A stretch of DNA of 64,000 bases from an uncultured Acidobacteriota bacterium (GCA_963804995.1 CAWDSK010000006.1:1216001-1280000), one strand, 5' to 3'. Counted from the stretch's first letter, positions 10,293 through 20,936 are shown. Translations and numbers: made by a program. The notes: generated by a model not told the origin, from the sequence alone.

Positions 10293-10594
10293 AACGAAGG
10301 GGCTTTTCCATACCAATCTTCGCTCAGGTCCCCCCACGCAGGATTACCAGCGATAATCAAGGCGACCTTTTTCGCACGCAGCCATCCCTTGATTTGCTTC
10401 TCACGCCGAATAGCGGCAAGCACGTCCCCGAAAACTTCGTAGTACGCCAGACGAGTAATGTTGTATTGGCTTGTGAATCCGGGGATCAGCTTGCCCTTGT
10501 GCTGGAGCACACGCCTCTTCAAATTGTTCGTCACACCCGTATAAAGCGTGCGGCTCTTATTGGTCATGATGTAGACGTAATAGGTTTTTGCCGC
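10283..10594 (-). CDS. Small GIY-YIG nuclease; start codon reads GCG, so it may be a pseudogene or a base error
   Basis: In-frame extension AKTYYVYIM-TNKSRTLYTGVTNNLKRRVLQHK...AIRREKQIKGW...NPAWGDL; GGAGG 6 nt upstream of GCG at 10594; the stop TGA lies inside the REP end. Confidence 0.88.
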   Translation of the reverse strand, partial: AAKTYYVYIMTNKSRTLYTGVTNNLKRRVLQHKGKLIPGFTSQYNITRLAYYEVFGDVLAAIRREKQIKGWLRAKKVALIIAGNPAWGDLSEDWYGKAPSLSS

Positions 10595-10666
10595 GACCTA
10601 CCTCCCCGTGTTAGCCGACATTCCCGCAAATTACCTGTAATTTTGTAGCCGCTCCGCGCTTATGCT

Positions 10667-10912
10667 GTCAATCTGAGCCCGCTCTGAAATTACGCTGTCA
10701 CTCTGAGCATGCACCACGCTTATGCTGTCATTCTGAGCCCGCATTTTGGGCGAAGAACCCCCGTAGTTCACTTCGTTCATCAACCCGGCAAACTACCGGG
10801 GTCCTTCGCTGCGCTCAGGATGACAATTAATGGGCTTCGGATCCCTGACGTTGGATCACCAACCCCAGCAAACTACCGGGGTCCTTCGCCCAAAATGCGG
10901 GCTCAGGATGAC
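10667..10912. repeat. Second composite REP-like block, a direct repeat of about 10048-10292
   Basis: 30-bp units at 10667, 10697, 10727; GCTCAGGATGAC ends at 10813-10824 and 10901-10912; near-identical internal GTTCACTTCGTTCATCAACCC. Confidence 0.92.
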
Positions 10913-10987
10913 AATTAATGGGCTGCGGACCCCTAACGCCGAATCCCCAACCCCATCACCCGGATCCCGTGTCCCGAGCCCCGGTCC

Positions 10988-11731
10988 TTACAGCATCCAT
11001 CCACCGCTGACATTAAGGACTTGGCCCGTAATGAAGGAGGCTTCCTCGGAGACAAAGAATTTTACGGCTTCCCCCACATCGCGACCAGTGGCAGGGCGGC
11101 CGACCGGGAAGCGCGCGTCGGTAAGCCGTTGGGCTTCCTCCAACGACAATTCCTTGTCGTCGATAACGGGCGGGTTTACCACGTTGGCGGTGATACCGTA
11201 TCGCGCCTCTTCCAGAGCCACGGACCGGGTAAAGGCCACAATTCCGGCTTTGGCGGCAGAATAAGCGGAGATCTTCGCCTGGCCAAATGCCCGCTCAGCG
11301 CCAACGGATCCCAGGTTGACGATGCGGCCCCAGTGCTGGCGGCGCATGATGGGCAGGGCAAACTTGGTTGCGTAGAAAACACTGTGAAGATTGGACGCGA
11401 TCACGGCGTTCCATTCTTCCACCGTGGATTCCACCACCGGCTTCCATTCGAAGTCGCCGACATTGTTCACCAGGACATCAAGCCTCCCGAAGTGCTTGGC
11501 GACAGCCTCGATCATTTCCTTGACGCGCACGTGGTCAGTCACTTCCGTGGCCAAGGCGAGCCCTTCGGAACCCAAAGCGCGAAGATTGGCGACCACTTTT
11601 TGCGCGCCCAATTTATTAGTGCGGTAAGTTAGCGCCACCCGCAGACCCGCACGACCCAGGGTTAAGGCAATCTCCTTGCCTATTCCGCGCGAAGCTCCGG
11701 TCACTAAAGCAACACGATTGCGGAGGGCCAC
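10988..11731 (-). CDS. SDR family oxidoreductase (FabG-like)
   Basis: TGASRGIG, LVNNVG, YSAAK, ITGQVLNVSGG. Confidence 0.92.
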   Translation of the reverse strand: MALRNRVALVTGASRGIGKEIALTLGRAGLRVALTYRTNKLGAQKVVANLRALGSEGLALATEVTDHVRVKEMIEAVAKHFGRLDVLVNNVGDFEWKPVVESTVEEWNAVIASNLHSVFYATKFALPIMRRQHWGRIVNLGSVGAERAFGQAKISAYSAAKAGIVAFTRSVALEEARYGITANVVNPPVIDDKELSLEEAQRLTDARFPVGRPATGRDVGEAVKFFVSEEASFITGQVLNVSGGWML

Positions 11732-11808
11732 TTGTCAGCTCCTCTATCAGGGGATTAATGCAAGAGTCTATCGAACTTCGCGCGAACGGGCAACGGCCTC
11801 CTGCAGGT

Positions 11809-13938
11809 TTAATCAACCGCCTGCGCCAGAACTAGCGTCATATCATCCTGAAGCTCCGGGCTGCCCGTCCATTCGTTCACGCTGCGGTAGATTTCTTCCG
11901 CCAGAGCCTCCGGGGAGGCGCGTAGTGCGCGTTGGGTCACCTCCAGAACTCGGGATTCCCCAAACTCTTCTCCGTAAATATTCTCGGGTTCGGTTATGCC
12001 GTCTGTGAAGGCCAGCAAGAGGTCCCCAGGTTCAAGCTGGACGGCTCCCTCCTGGTAGGAGACAGACGGAAAGAGCCCCACCACGGTCCCTCCCGCGCGA
12101 AGGCGTTCAATCCTGTTGCCGTGAAAAAGCACGGGGGGCAGATGGCCAGCGTTCGTGTAAGAGAGCTGGCGCGTCCGGGAATCATAAACGGCAAAGAAGA
12201 ATGTGACGTATTTTTCTAAGGGCGTGTTCTCGTAAAGCTGGTGATTCAATCGGTCCACAACCTGAGCAGTCGATACCTGGGCGAGTTTGGAATCAGGGCC
12301 CGCCGCCCAGCCCTCATAAAACTGGGCCCGCAGAGCCGATTGAATGCCCGCCATTAACAGGGCAGCGGAGATTCCCTTCCCGCTCACATCCCCCAGAACC
12401 AATCCCACCCGGTTCTCGTCCAGCTTCAGGAAGTCATAATAATCGCCGCTGACTGAACGCGCCGCTTTACAAACTCCATGGAGTTTCAGACCTGGAATTT
12501 GCGGCGCCGCCTGGGGAAAGAGCCGTTCCTGCACTTCGCGCGCGATGTCCAATTCGCTCTGCAAGCGCATCCTTTCCTGAGATTCCTTGAGCAGCCGCTC
12601 AACTGAGGCCGTCATGCTGTCAAAGGCTTCGCCGAGGGCCGTCAACTGGTCACGGGGAGGAAAATGCGTCCGGTAGGAGAAATCCCCCGCCTTAACCCGC
12701 TCGGTTGCTTCGTAAAGCGTGTCCACGGTACGGGTCATGGACCGCGCCAGCCGCACGCCGATCAGCAGCGCCACACCGGCAATTACCAGGAAAATGATCA
12801 GCACCGCTTTGAATAAATACACCACCCTTTGGGACAGGTCCCCCAGTGTCGCCAATAGTTTGCCGTTGAGTGCCAAAATCCGGGAGAACACGTAGACAAG
12901 GGCTGGGGAAACAGCTTTCTCTTCTTTTTCCCCGCCCCAGAGGATCGGGTCCAATGAGGACATGCCGTAGACAGTAAAATCGAAGAAATTTTCAGGTTCA
13001 GGGAGCGCCACCGACTTGGATCTGACCGTGCCGGTCTGTACAAAGGTGCCATTGGACGTTCGGGTTCTGGGTCCCGGCAGGTTCGGCCCCGCAGGCCTCA
13101 TCGTCCACACTGCCACCGGACCTATCCCCTCTCCCACCAGATCCAGCAATTCGGGCGTGAAGGGTTGCGACAGGACTACGGTCAACTTCCCCGCGGTCGT
13201 TTGGGTGCGTTCCATGGAGCGCAAAGCGATCTGGCCCTCGTCAACAACCACGCCCGCGAATTCCCCCCCCTCTAACCAATTGGGTATGGTCACGGGATCG
13301 TTAACCGGTTCTCCGCTCAAAAGGAAGGCGCGAGCGGTATTGCCCAGACGGAGCGTGATGGTCAAGCCCGGGTAGCTTTTCGCATGCTCGATCATCTCCG
13401 TAACGTAGAACTTCTGAATCCGCGCCAGCATGGCCTGCGGCGATTTTTCGCCCGTGAACCGTGCCTCCTCCAGCACCACACGGTTGACTTGTTCGATTTC
13501 ATCAAAGTGGTCGCGCAGCTTAAGGACAACCAGGAAAGCAGCAAATTGCCCATTGACAATGAAGGCCGCCAGGAAGGCCAGGACAAGGATGAGGGAAATG
13601 GGGATAACACCGATGAAAATGTAGGCTACCAACAGGCGCCGGCGAAGTCGCCAGAGTACGCGATTCCGAACGAACCCAAAGAACCGGCCCAGGTAGTAGA
13701 AACCTGCGACGAGGGCGCAAACCCAGAAAAAGAACCACAGCAACCCCGGGACGCCGCCACTCGAGCGAGTAAGCCGGTCGGCAAGCCAGAGAGCGGCGCC
13801 GTACGCCAGGGCCCAGACTGTGAAGCGGGCCATGCGGCGCGTCCGGTACTCCTGAAGGAGACTTTCCAACATCAGGGTGAGCATACCAGCGTGCGGCGCT
13901 TTTCGCCACGCGGGAAAGGAGGAGCCGTTTGGACTCAA
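11809..13938 (-). CDS. Membrane sensor with HAMP and PP2C/SpoIIE (RsbU-like) phosphatase domains
   Basis: TM segments, HAMP, VSGDYYD, GDVSGKG, TNAGH, FTDGITE, DDMTL; the true start may be further downstream. Confidence 0.92.
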   Translation of the reverse strand: MSPNGSSFPAWRKAPHAGMLTLMLESLLQEYRTRRMARFTVWALAYGAALWLADRLTRSSGGVPGLLWFFFWVCALVAGFYYLGRFFGFVRNRVLWRLRRRLLVAYIFIGVIPISLILVLAFLAAFIVNGQFAAFLVVLKLRDHFDEIEQVNRVVLEEARFTGEKSPQAMLARIQKFYVTEMIEHAKSYPGLTITLRLGNTARAFLLSGEPVNDPVTIPNWLEGGEFAGVVVDEGQIALRSMERTQTTAGKLTVVLSQPFTPELLDLVGEGIGPVAVWTMRPAGPNLPGPRTRTSNGTFVQTGTVRSKSVALPEPENFFDFTVYGMSSLDPILWGGEKEEKAVSPALVYVFSRILALNGKLLATLGDLSQRVVYLFKAVLIIFLVIAGVALLIGVRLARSMTRTVDTLYEATERVKAGDFSYRTHFPPRDQLTALGEAFDSMTASVERLLKESQERMRLQSELDIAREVQERLFPQAAPQIPGLKLHGVCKAARSVSGDYYDFLKLDENRVGLVLGDVSGKGISAALLMAGIQSALRAQFYEGWAAGPDSKLAQVSTAQVVDRLNHQLYENTPLEKYVTFFFAVYDSRTRQLSYTNAGHLPPVLFHGNRIERLRAGGTVVGLFPSVSYQEGAVQLEPGDLLLAFTDGITEPENIYGEEFGESRVLEVTQRALRASPEALAEEIYRSVNEWTGSPELQDDMTLVLAQAVD

Positions 13939-15509
13939 CCCGTTGAAGAAGCGCCCGGGACCACAGATTTCGCGGCCTCGGCTGCCTGCACCCGGCTGTG
14001 CTTTCTCCCATAGCTGAAGTAGATGGCCATACCCACGATCAGCCAGATGATCAGGCGCATCCAGGTGCTGAAAGGCAGGCTCGCCATCAATCCCAAAGAA
14101 ACCAACATCCCCAGAATGGGTACGAGTGGCACCAGAGGAGTCTTGAAAGCTCGCGGCAGGTCAGGACGTTTGACGCGCAAGACCCAGACCCCGGCGCAGA
14201 CGATGACGAACGCCAGCAGCGTCCCGATACTCACCAGTTCACCTAGAATCCCAATCGGAATCAAGGCTGCAAAGACTGCAACGAACAAGCCGACCAGGAT
14301 CGTGGAGATATAAGGGGTGCGGAAACGCGGGTGGATGGCGCTGGCCCACTGTGGCAACAGGCCATCGTGTGACATCGAATAGAACACCCTTGATTGACCC
14401 AGCAACATCACCAGCATGACCGTCCCCAACCCAAAGATCGCTCCTATTTTGACCATGAAACTTCCCCAACGCACACCCGGCACCGCGTCAATCCCGATCG
14501 CCACGGGGTCGGATACGTTGAGCGCGGTATAAGGGACTACGCCGGTAAGCAATCCGGAAACCGCGATGTACAGAACGGTGCAAATGATGAGAGAACCCAG
14601 GATGCCGATAGGCATATCCCGTTTGGGGTTCTTGGCTTCTTGCGCTGCCGTAGAGACCGCGTCAAAGCCAATGTAGGCAAAAAAGATTACCGCCGCACCA
14701 CGCGCAATCCCCGACCAGCCGTAACTCCCATACTCTCCCAGGTTCGGGGGAATAAAGGGATGCCAGTTCTTCCAAAAGAGTGAGGGATTGTGGAGAAAGT
14801 AATAGCCCACGACGCAGATGAAAACGAGAACGATCGAAACCTTAACCATGACGATGGCACTGTTCAGGTTCGCCGATTCCTTGATGCCAATCACCAGCAC
14901 GAGGGTAACGGCCAGGATGGCAAAGAAAGCCACCAGATCACAATAGGCGGTCCGGTGAGGCAAGGTATCGGGATTGACGCCTGCGGCGGTGAGAGAGGCT
15001 TGAATGCGGGACAGGTGTTCCCAGTGATTGTTGTAATTCACCAGTGCCTCACCGTGGGCGCTGGTGAATTGGGGCGGGATGCGAATCCCAAAATCCTGCA
15101 AAAAGCTGAGCACGTAACCACTCCAGCCGGAGGCCACGGTGGCCGCGCCAAAAGCGTACTCCAGGATCAAATCCCACCCGATAATCCAGGCAAAGATCTC
15201 GCCCAGAGTGGCGTATCCGTAAGTGTACGCCGAGCCCGCAATGGGAATCAGCGAGGCAAACTCCGCGTAGCACAACCCCGCGAAGGCGCAGGCCAGCCCC
15301 GCCAATACAAAGGACAGGACGATGGCCGGACCCGCATATTTCGCCGCCGCCGCCCCGGTCAGAACAAAGATGCCGGCTCCGATAATGGCCCCAATCCCCA
15401 AGGTCATAAGGTTGACGGGCCCCAGAACCCGCCGCAGGGTGCGCTCACCATGCTCGGCCGCTTCCACCTGAATCATTTCCAGCGTCTTCTTCGCCAGCAA
15501 GTTCGCCAT
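13935..15509 (-). CDS. APC family amino acid permease (CAT type)
   Basis: GIGAIIGAGIFVLTG, LCYAEFAS, GSAYTY, FFAYIGFD; many TM helices. Confidence 0.95.
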   Translation of the reverse strand: MANLLAKKTLEMIQVEAAEHGERTLRRVLGPVNLMTLGIGAIIGAGIFVLTGAAAAKYAGPAIVLSFVLAGLACAFAGLCYAEFASLIPIAGSAYTYGYATLGEIFAWIIGWDLILEYAFGAATVASGWSGYVLSFLQDFGIRIPPQFTSAHGEALVNYNNHWEHLSRIQASLTAAGVNPDTLPHRTAYCDLVAFFAILAVTLVLVIGIKESANLNSAIVMVKVSIVLVFICVVGYYFLHNPSLFWKNWHPFIPPNLGEYGSYGWSGIARGAAVIFFAYIGFDAVSTAAQEAKNPKRDMPIGILGSLIICTVLYIAVSGLLTGVVPYTALNVSDPVAIGIDAVPGVRWGSFMVKIGAIFGLGTVMLVMLLGQSRVFYSMSHDGLLPQWASAIHPRFRTPYISTILVGLFVAVFAALIPIGILGELVSIGTLLAFVIVCAGVWVLRVKRPDLPRAFKTPLVPLVPILGMLVSLGLMASLPFSTWMRLIIWLIVGMAIYFSYGRKHSRVQAAEAAKSVVPGASSTG

Positions 15510-15605
15510 GAGGTGTTCTTATCTCCTTATATTCAAGATGGCCCAGTAATCTATCGGCCCGGGCTCCCTACATGAGGGGGCTCGCGCCGGTCCCTCCCGG
15601 TTCCA

Positions 15606-17078
15606 CTAACAGGGCCGGTTCGCCGTCGACCTGCGCCAAAGATAATAAACCGGAATGCCAATCGCTACGATACACAATCCGGCAACACACTGGAGCGCCG
15701 TGTGGGTCAGCAAAGCCCATTCCACAAACGACGCAACGATGATGTACAGCAGAGGCAAGACCGGGTAGCCCCAGGATCGATAGGGGCGCGCCGCATCCGG
15801 GCGGGTGCGCCGGAGCCGGAAGATCCCCGCGATGGTGAGAATATAGAACAGGACCACGGCGAAAATCACGTAGTCCAGCAATTCGCTATAGGTCCCCGTG
15901 AGGGTCAAGAGAGCGGCCCAAATTGCCTGCACCACCAGCGAAGCTGCCGGGGTATGGTACTTGGGATTGACCTTTCCCACCGAGGAAAAAAAGAGGCCGT
16001 CTTTCGCCATGGCATAGTACACTCGCGCGCCGGCGAGAATCATCCCATTCATACAGCCGAAGGTTGAGATCATGATGGCGGCCGCCATGAGCCCCACCCC
16101 CCTTCCGCCCAGCATGACTTGCATGGCGGCGGTGGCCACGCGGTCCTCCGCCGCGTACTGAATGCCTCGCTCCAGCACACCGCCCTGGGCTGACCCGAAA
16201 AACGGCAAGGCCCGATAGTAAACCCAATTGCAGGCGAGGTAGATTCCGCAAACCGTGGTGGTGCCTACCAAGAGCGCCAGGGGCAAGTTACGCTTGGCAT
16301 TCTGGACCTCGCCCCCCGCAAAGGTAACGTTGTTCCAGGCGTCGGAAGCGAACAACGGGCCGACGAGTGCCGCGCAAAGCAGCGTGAGGGTTGCCAGGTC
16401 CCAATGCGCGCCTTGCCAAAAGCCTTGAGCGGAAGCTGCCGGGACGGGATGCCCAAACGCCCACCACACGCCCAGCGCCACCAATCCCAAAAGCGCTCCG
16501 ACCTTGAGAACCGTAAAAATATTCTGGACCCACGCCCCCATTCGCAACCCGAATACATTCAGGGTGCTCAAGAAGATCAGAGCCAGGATGGCGATCAATT
16601 GCTGAGATGAGAAGGTGAGGGGGACCAGGTGGCCGAACACTGCCAAAGTTCCGAAGTTTATCAAGATATTGTGCGAAGAAACCCCGGGAACAAACACTCC
16701 CAGAAACTTTCCGAAGGCCACCGCGACCGCAGCCAGAGTCCCGGTTTGAATGACCAGGAAGAGCGTCCAGCCGTAGAGGAAGCCGAAGAGCGGGCCAAAA
16801 GCTTCGCGCAGGTACACGTACTGGCCGCCGGCCCGCGGCATCATGCCCGCCAGTTCACCGTAACTGACAGCGGCGACAATCGTCATCAACCCGCTGATCA
16901 CCCAACTGAGAAGAAAAAGTCCAGGCGCATGCACTTGCCGGGCAACGTCAGCGGCGACAATGAAAATCCCCGAGCCGATCATCGAGCCCATCACGATGGT
17001 GGTGGCATCGATAAGCCCGAGCCCCTTCACGAGTTCGGAGGACTGTGCGCTGGCGGGAGTGGATGAAGTTGTGGCCAT
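15606..17078 (-). CDS. APC family amino acid permease (LAT/SteT type)
   Basis: GSMIGSGIF, SYGELAGMMPRAGGQYVYL, RPYRSWGYP. Confidence 0.93.
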   Translation of the reverse strand: MATTSSTPASAQSSELVKGLGLIDATTIVMGSMIGSGIFIVAADVARQVHAPGLFLLSWVISGLMTIVAAVSYGELAGMMPRAGGQYVYLREAFGPLFGFLYGWTLFLVIQTGTLAAVAVAFGKFLGVFVPGVSSHNILINFGTLAVFGHLVPLTFSSQQLIAILALIFLSTLNVFGLRMGAWVQNIFTVLKVGALLGLVALGVWWAFGHPVPAASAQGFWQGAHWDLATLTLLCAALVGPLFASDAWNNVTFAGGEVQNAKRNLPLALLVGTTTVCGIYLACNWVYYRALPFFGSAQGGVLERGIQYAAEDRVATAAMQVMLGGRGVGLMAAAIMISTFGCMNGMILAGARVYYAMAKDGLFFSSVGKVNPKYHTPAASLVVQAIWAALLTLTGTYSELLDYVIFAVVLFYILTIAGIFRLRRTRPDAARPYRSWGYPVLPLLYIIVASFVEWALLTHTALQCVAGLCIVAIGIPVYYLWRRSTANRPC

Positions 17079-17111
17079 GGTGAAACGGGTGTGTCTGTCC
17101 GGGATTCAGGG

Positions 17112-17738
17112 TCAAGCCCCCAAGAGCTCCAGAAACTCTTCCGCACGCTGGCGGATATCCGGCGCACCCAGCAAGCCGCGGATGACCGCCACTGAATCCG
17201 CACCGGCCTCGAGCACCGCCTGGGCATTCTCCAGGGTGATGCCGCCGATGGCCACCAGCGGTTTGCGCGTGGCTTGGCGGGCCTGGCGCAAGCCTTCGAG
17301 GCCCACCACCGGGTCAGGATTCTGCTTGCTCGCCGTGGGGAACATCGGGCCAAAAGCAATGTAATCCGCCGAGGAGTGGTCCGCTTCCCTTACCTGCTCC
17401 AGCATGTGGGTCGAATAGCCCACCCATTTGCCGGGGGGGAGGATACTCCGCGCGGCTTCCACGGGCAGATCCTCCTGGCCCACATGCACGCCATCGGCAT
17501 CCACGGCGGAGGCGATGTCAGCGCGATCGTTGACAATAAAAATGCCCTGAGATTGATGCACCAGCTCTTGGACCCGCCGGGCACCGGACCAGAGCTCGCG
17601 GGAGGACGCGCGCTTATCACGGAGTTGAATAAGCCTCACGCCCGCCGATAGCAACGCCGCCGCCACCTCGAGGGGGGACCGGTCCCCCGCCTGAGCGGGG
17701 TCAATTATGGCATAGAGGCGTGGGATTACAAGCTGCAT
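17112..17738 (-). CDS. thiE: Thiamine phosphate synthase
   Basis: QLRDK, IVNDRADIA, DGVHVGQED, GYSTH, PTASK, VAIGGIT. Confidence 0.95.
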   Translation of the reverse strand: MQLVIPRLYAIIDPAQAGDRSPLEVAAALLSAGVRLIQLRDKRASSRELWSGARRVQELVHQSQGIFIVNDRADIASAVDADGVHVGQEDLPVEAARSILPPGKWVGYSTHMLEQVREADHSSADYIAFGPMFPTASKQNPDPVVGLEGLRQARQATRKPLVAIGGITLENAQAVLEAGADSVAVIRGLLGAPDIRQRAEEFLELLGA

Positions 17739-17758
17739 GGCTCCGCCGTTGCCCGGTC

Positions 17759-19111
17759 TCAGGAGGGGTTTTCGCCATTGCGGGCGAAGCGCTCAAGGAA
17801 GTGCGTATCGAAGTTGCCCGCCTGGAAATCAGGGTCGGCCATGATTTTCTGATGAACAGGTACGGAAGTAGATATGCCCTCGATAATAAACATTTCGAGA
17901 GCCCGCGTCATGCGGTTAATGGCCTCCGGGCGGTCCTTGCCATGCACAATCAGCTTGGCGATGAGGGAGTCATAATAGGGCGGGATGACGGACTCCGCAT
18001 AGGCCGCCGTATCGACCCGCACGCCGGTGCCGCCGGGTTCGTGGAAGACCGTTACCTTCCCGGCGGAGGGAGCGAACGTCTGGGGGTTTTCCGCGCAGAT
18101 CCGGCACTCGATGGCGTGCCCGCGCAGGCCCAGGGTTTCACCCTCGAAGGGCAGTTTCCCGCCCGTGGCAATCAGGATCTGCAACTTCACCAGGTCCAAC
18201 CCCGTCACCATTTCCGTGACCGGGTGTTCCACCTGAATGCGGGTATTCATTTCCAGGAAATAGAGTTTGCGATTCTCATCCATCAGCAACTCAACCGTGC
18301 CGGCGCTGGTGTAACCAATTTCCTGGAGGGCCGTGACAATTTGATGACCCACGCGCAGCCGGGTTTCCTTGTCGATCTGTGTGGAGGGTGACTCCTCCAC
18401 CAGTTTCTGGTGGCGGCGTTGGATGGTGCATTCGCGCTCGCCTAAATGCACCACCTTGCCATGCTGGTCTCCCAGAACCTGAAATTCAATGTGCCGGGGG
18501 GAGGAAATGTATTTCTCCACATAAACGTCCGGAGTGCCGAAGGATGCCGCAGCCTCATTCTGCGCGGTCCGCAGGAGGTGCGGCAAATCTTCCGCCGAGT
18601 GGACAATGCGCATGCCGCGGCCGCCCCCGCCCGCCACGGCTTTTACCAGGACCGGATAGCCGATCCGCTTCGCCTCTTCCAGCGCCGCTTCTTCCGACGG
18701 GATCACCTCAGAGCCTGGCAGCACGGGTAGTCCCAGCTCCAGCATCCTGTTTCGGGCCCGGTTCTTGTCACCCATCAGGTGGATGACCTCCGGTTTGGGG
18801 CCGATAAAGGTTAGATTGGAAGCTTCGCAGACCTCCGCAAAGTAGGCGCTTTCCGCCAGGAAGCCATAACCCGGATGAATGGCTTCGGCGCCGGTAATCT
18901 CCGCAGCCGAAATAATGCTGGCCACGTTCAGATAGCTGTCGGAGCTGCGCGGTGGACCGATACACACGGCCTCATCCGCAAACCGCACGTGGAGGGAATA
19001 ACGGTCAGCCTCTGAGTACACCGCGACGGTCCGAATTCCCAGCTCCTTGCAGGCGCAAATCACCCGTAGAGCAATTTCCCCGCGATTAGCAATCAGGATT
19101 TTGTTGAACAT
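17759..19111 (-). CDS. accC: Acetyl-CoA carboxylase biotin carboxylase subunit
   Basis: [45 protein letters not shown]. Confidence 0.98.
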   Translation of the reverse strand: MFNKILIANRGEIALRVICACKELGIRTVAVYSEADRYSLHVRFADEAVCIGPPRSSDSYLNVASIISAAEITGAEAIHPGYGFLAESAYFAEVCEASNLTFIGPKPEVIHLMGDKNRARNRMLELGLPVLPGSEVIPSEEAALEEAKRIGYPVLVKAVAGGGGRGMRIVHSAEDLPHLLRTAQNEAAASFGTPDVYVEKYISSPRHIEFQVLGDQHGKVVHLGERECTIQRRHQKLVEESPSTQIDKETRLRVGHQIVTALQEIGYTSAGTVELLMDENRKLYFLEMNTRIQVEHPVTEMVTGLDLVKLQILIATGGKLPFEGETLGLRGHAIECRICAENPQTFAPSAGKVTVFHEPGGTGVRVDTAAYAESVIPPYYDSLIAKLIVHGKDRPEAINRMTRALEMFIIEGISTSVPVHQKIMADPDFQAGNFDTHFLERFARNGENPS

Positions 19112-19124
19112 GTCTCGAAAAAGA

Positions 19125-19202
19125 AGGAGTCAGAAGCTAGAAGTCAGAAGTGAGGAGCCGCGTTGTTTTATTCTGACTCCTGACTTCTATCTCCTGACTC
19201 CT
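19125..19202. repeat. Inverted heptamer array (AGAAGTC/AGGAGTC versus GACTTCT/GACTCCT) between accB and accC
   Basis: Degenerate 7-bp tandem repeats followed by their reverse complement; overlaps the accB stop. Confidence 0.85.
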
Positions 19203-19737
19203 ATTTTTTCCTCATGGGTTCAATCGCGAACAAGGTTTGCCCGTACTCGACCGGCTGGCCGCTTTCCACATAAACGCGCACGATATCCCCGGCCACTTCT
19301 GCTTCCAGTTCATTCATCAACTTCATAGCCTCAATGATGCAGAGAACCTGTCCCACCCGCACGTTATCACCGACTTTGACGAAGGGGGGCGCGTTCGGAG
19401 CCGGCGCTGCGTAGAAGGTTCCCACGATGGGCGACTTCATGACGAAGAGGCCCTCTGTCGATTCCACCGCAGAATCCGGAGCAGCCGGGGCCGGTGTCGA
19501 AACCGGAGGCGTCGGCGCCACAGTGGGCGCGGCTGCCGGCATGACTGATGTATATCCGTTCACATGGGGGGGGTTCTCATCGTGGCTATTTCCACGCCGG
19601 ACGCGAATCTTAACGCCTTGCTGCTCCATCTCAAATTCGGTGATTTCCTTGGTAGCCAGGAGGTCGAGCAGGTCCTGGATGTCTTCCAGATTCCAAACCC
19701 GCCCGGGGGTTGGGGAGTTGCGATTCTTACCCGGCAT
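19201..19737 (-). CDS. accB: Biotin carboxyl carrier protein
   Basis: Ala/Pro linker, SPIVGTFY, EAMKLMNE biotinylation motif. Confidence 0.97.
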   Translation of the reverse strand: MPGKNRNSPTPGRVWNLEDIQDLLDLLATKEITEFEMEQQGVKIRVRRGNSHDENPPHVNGYTSVMPAAAPTVAPTPPVSTPAPAAPDSAVESTEGLFVMKSPIVGTFYAAPAPNAPPFVKVGDNVRVGQVLCIIEAMKLMNELEAEVAGDIVRVYVESGQPVEYGQTLFAIEPMRKK

Positions 19738-19755
19738 GCTTTTGCTCCCGTACCG

Positions 19756-20856
19756 TTAGCTGATGATCCAGTGTTCCGTGGAGGCCGGTGTGAGGACCTC
19801 GGGGCCGCCCGGCCCGACGAGGACCGTATCCTCCACGCGGATTCCGCCCAGCCCTTCCAGGTAGACCCCAGGTTCCACCGTGACCACTGAGCCGGCTCGC
19901 AGGCAGGTCGTCTCACCCTTGCCCAGGCGCGGTCGTTCGTGAATCTCCAAGCCCACACCGTGGCCCGTACTATGGGTAAAGTACTGTGCCAGCCCCCGCC
20001 CCTCCAGAATCTGGCGGGCAGTAGAATCGACATCGCCCGCCTTGACTCCGTCCTGCACAGACCGGACAGCGCCGCGCTGGGCCTTGACGACCGCAGAGTA
20101 TAGCGTACGGACCCGGCGACTCGGCTCACCCAGGAAGACAGTCCGCGTCATATCCGCGGCATAACCGCTAACTATAGCACCAAGGTCGAGGATTACCAAC
20201 TCACTTTCTTGCAGTGGTTTAGAGGAGGGGTGTGCGTGGGGGTGGGCAGACCTGGGTCCCGAAGCGACGATCGTCTCAAACGCCACCCCCTCCGCCCCCT
20301 TCTTGCGCATGCGGTACTCGACTTCGGCGGCCAAGTCACACTCCGTCACCCCTGGTTTCACGCAGGGCAGGATGTCTTCGAGGACTTTCGCCGTCAGCTT
20401 TCCGGCGCTTCGCATCGTTTCAATCTCCCCCCTGTCTTTGACCACGCGAAGTTCCTCAACCAGGTCTCCCGCCGGCCTCAGGCGAAGGCTGCGACCGGCT
20501 TCGGTGCGGATCTTCTCGTATTGGCTACAGGTGAGATTCGACGCCTCGTAAGTGAGGTCCCGCGCCCGGGTCTTACCGAGCCAGACGACCGCCCCCGCCA
20601 GCGGGCCTTTCTTTTCTTCAATGACCTCCACCCCATGGACCTGCTCACGCGCCTGGAGCGTATAACGGGGGTCGACCCAGAGGAACCCCTGGCGTGGCCC
20701 GATCAGCGCCATGCCCGCGCTGCCCGTAAAGCCCGTAAGGTAGCGGATATTGACGAGGTTAGTGACCAGCAAGAGGGGGACCCGGCGAGCCTCCATCAGG
20801 GCCCGAAGCCGCTCCTGGCGAACCACAAATTCCGAAACAGAGTTTTCTGGGTGCAT
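19756..20856 (-). CDS. Xaa-Pro aminopeptidase (M24 family)
   Basis: YLTGFTGS, DMTRT, HSTGHGVGLEIHE, TVEPG, GIRVED. Confidence 0.94.
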   Translation of the reverse strand: MHPENSVSEFVVRQERLRALMEARRVPLLLVTNLVNIRYLTGFTGSAGMALIGPRQGFLWVDPRYTLQAREQVHGVEVIEEKKGPLAGAVVWLGKTRARDLTYEASNLTCSQYEKIRTEAGRSLRLRPAGDLVEELRVVKDRGEIETMRSAGKLTAKVLEDILPCVKPGVTECDLAAEVEYRMRKKGAEGVAFETIVASGPRSAHPHAHPSSKPLQESELVILDLGAIVSGYAADMTRTVFLGEPSRRVRTLYSAVVKAQRGAVRSVQDGVKAGDVDSTARQILEGRGLAQYFTHSTGHGVGLEIHERPRLGKGETTCLRAGSVVTVEPGVYLEGLGGIRVEDTVLVGPGGPEVLTPASTEHWIIS

Positions 20857-20936
20857 GGGCAGAAATGAGAAGGAGGAGACCCCGGTCTCCTCCTTCCCTC
20901 AGCAATCGACCCAGTCGAGATCGTGCTGTAAAGATA

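Noticed and set aside
9955..10356. Repeat protein with YVVILSPR units (also the KGK-rich ORF 61906-62139 and ORFs across 41238-42375)
   Set aside because: These are translations of non-coding DNA repeats, with no RBS or domain support
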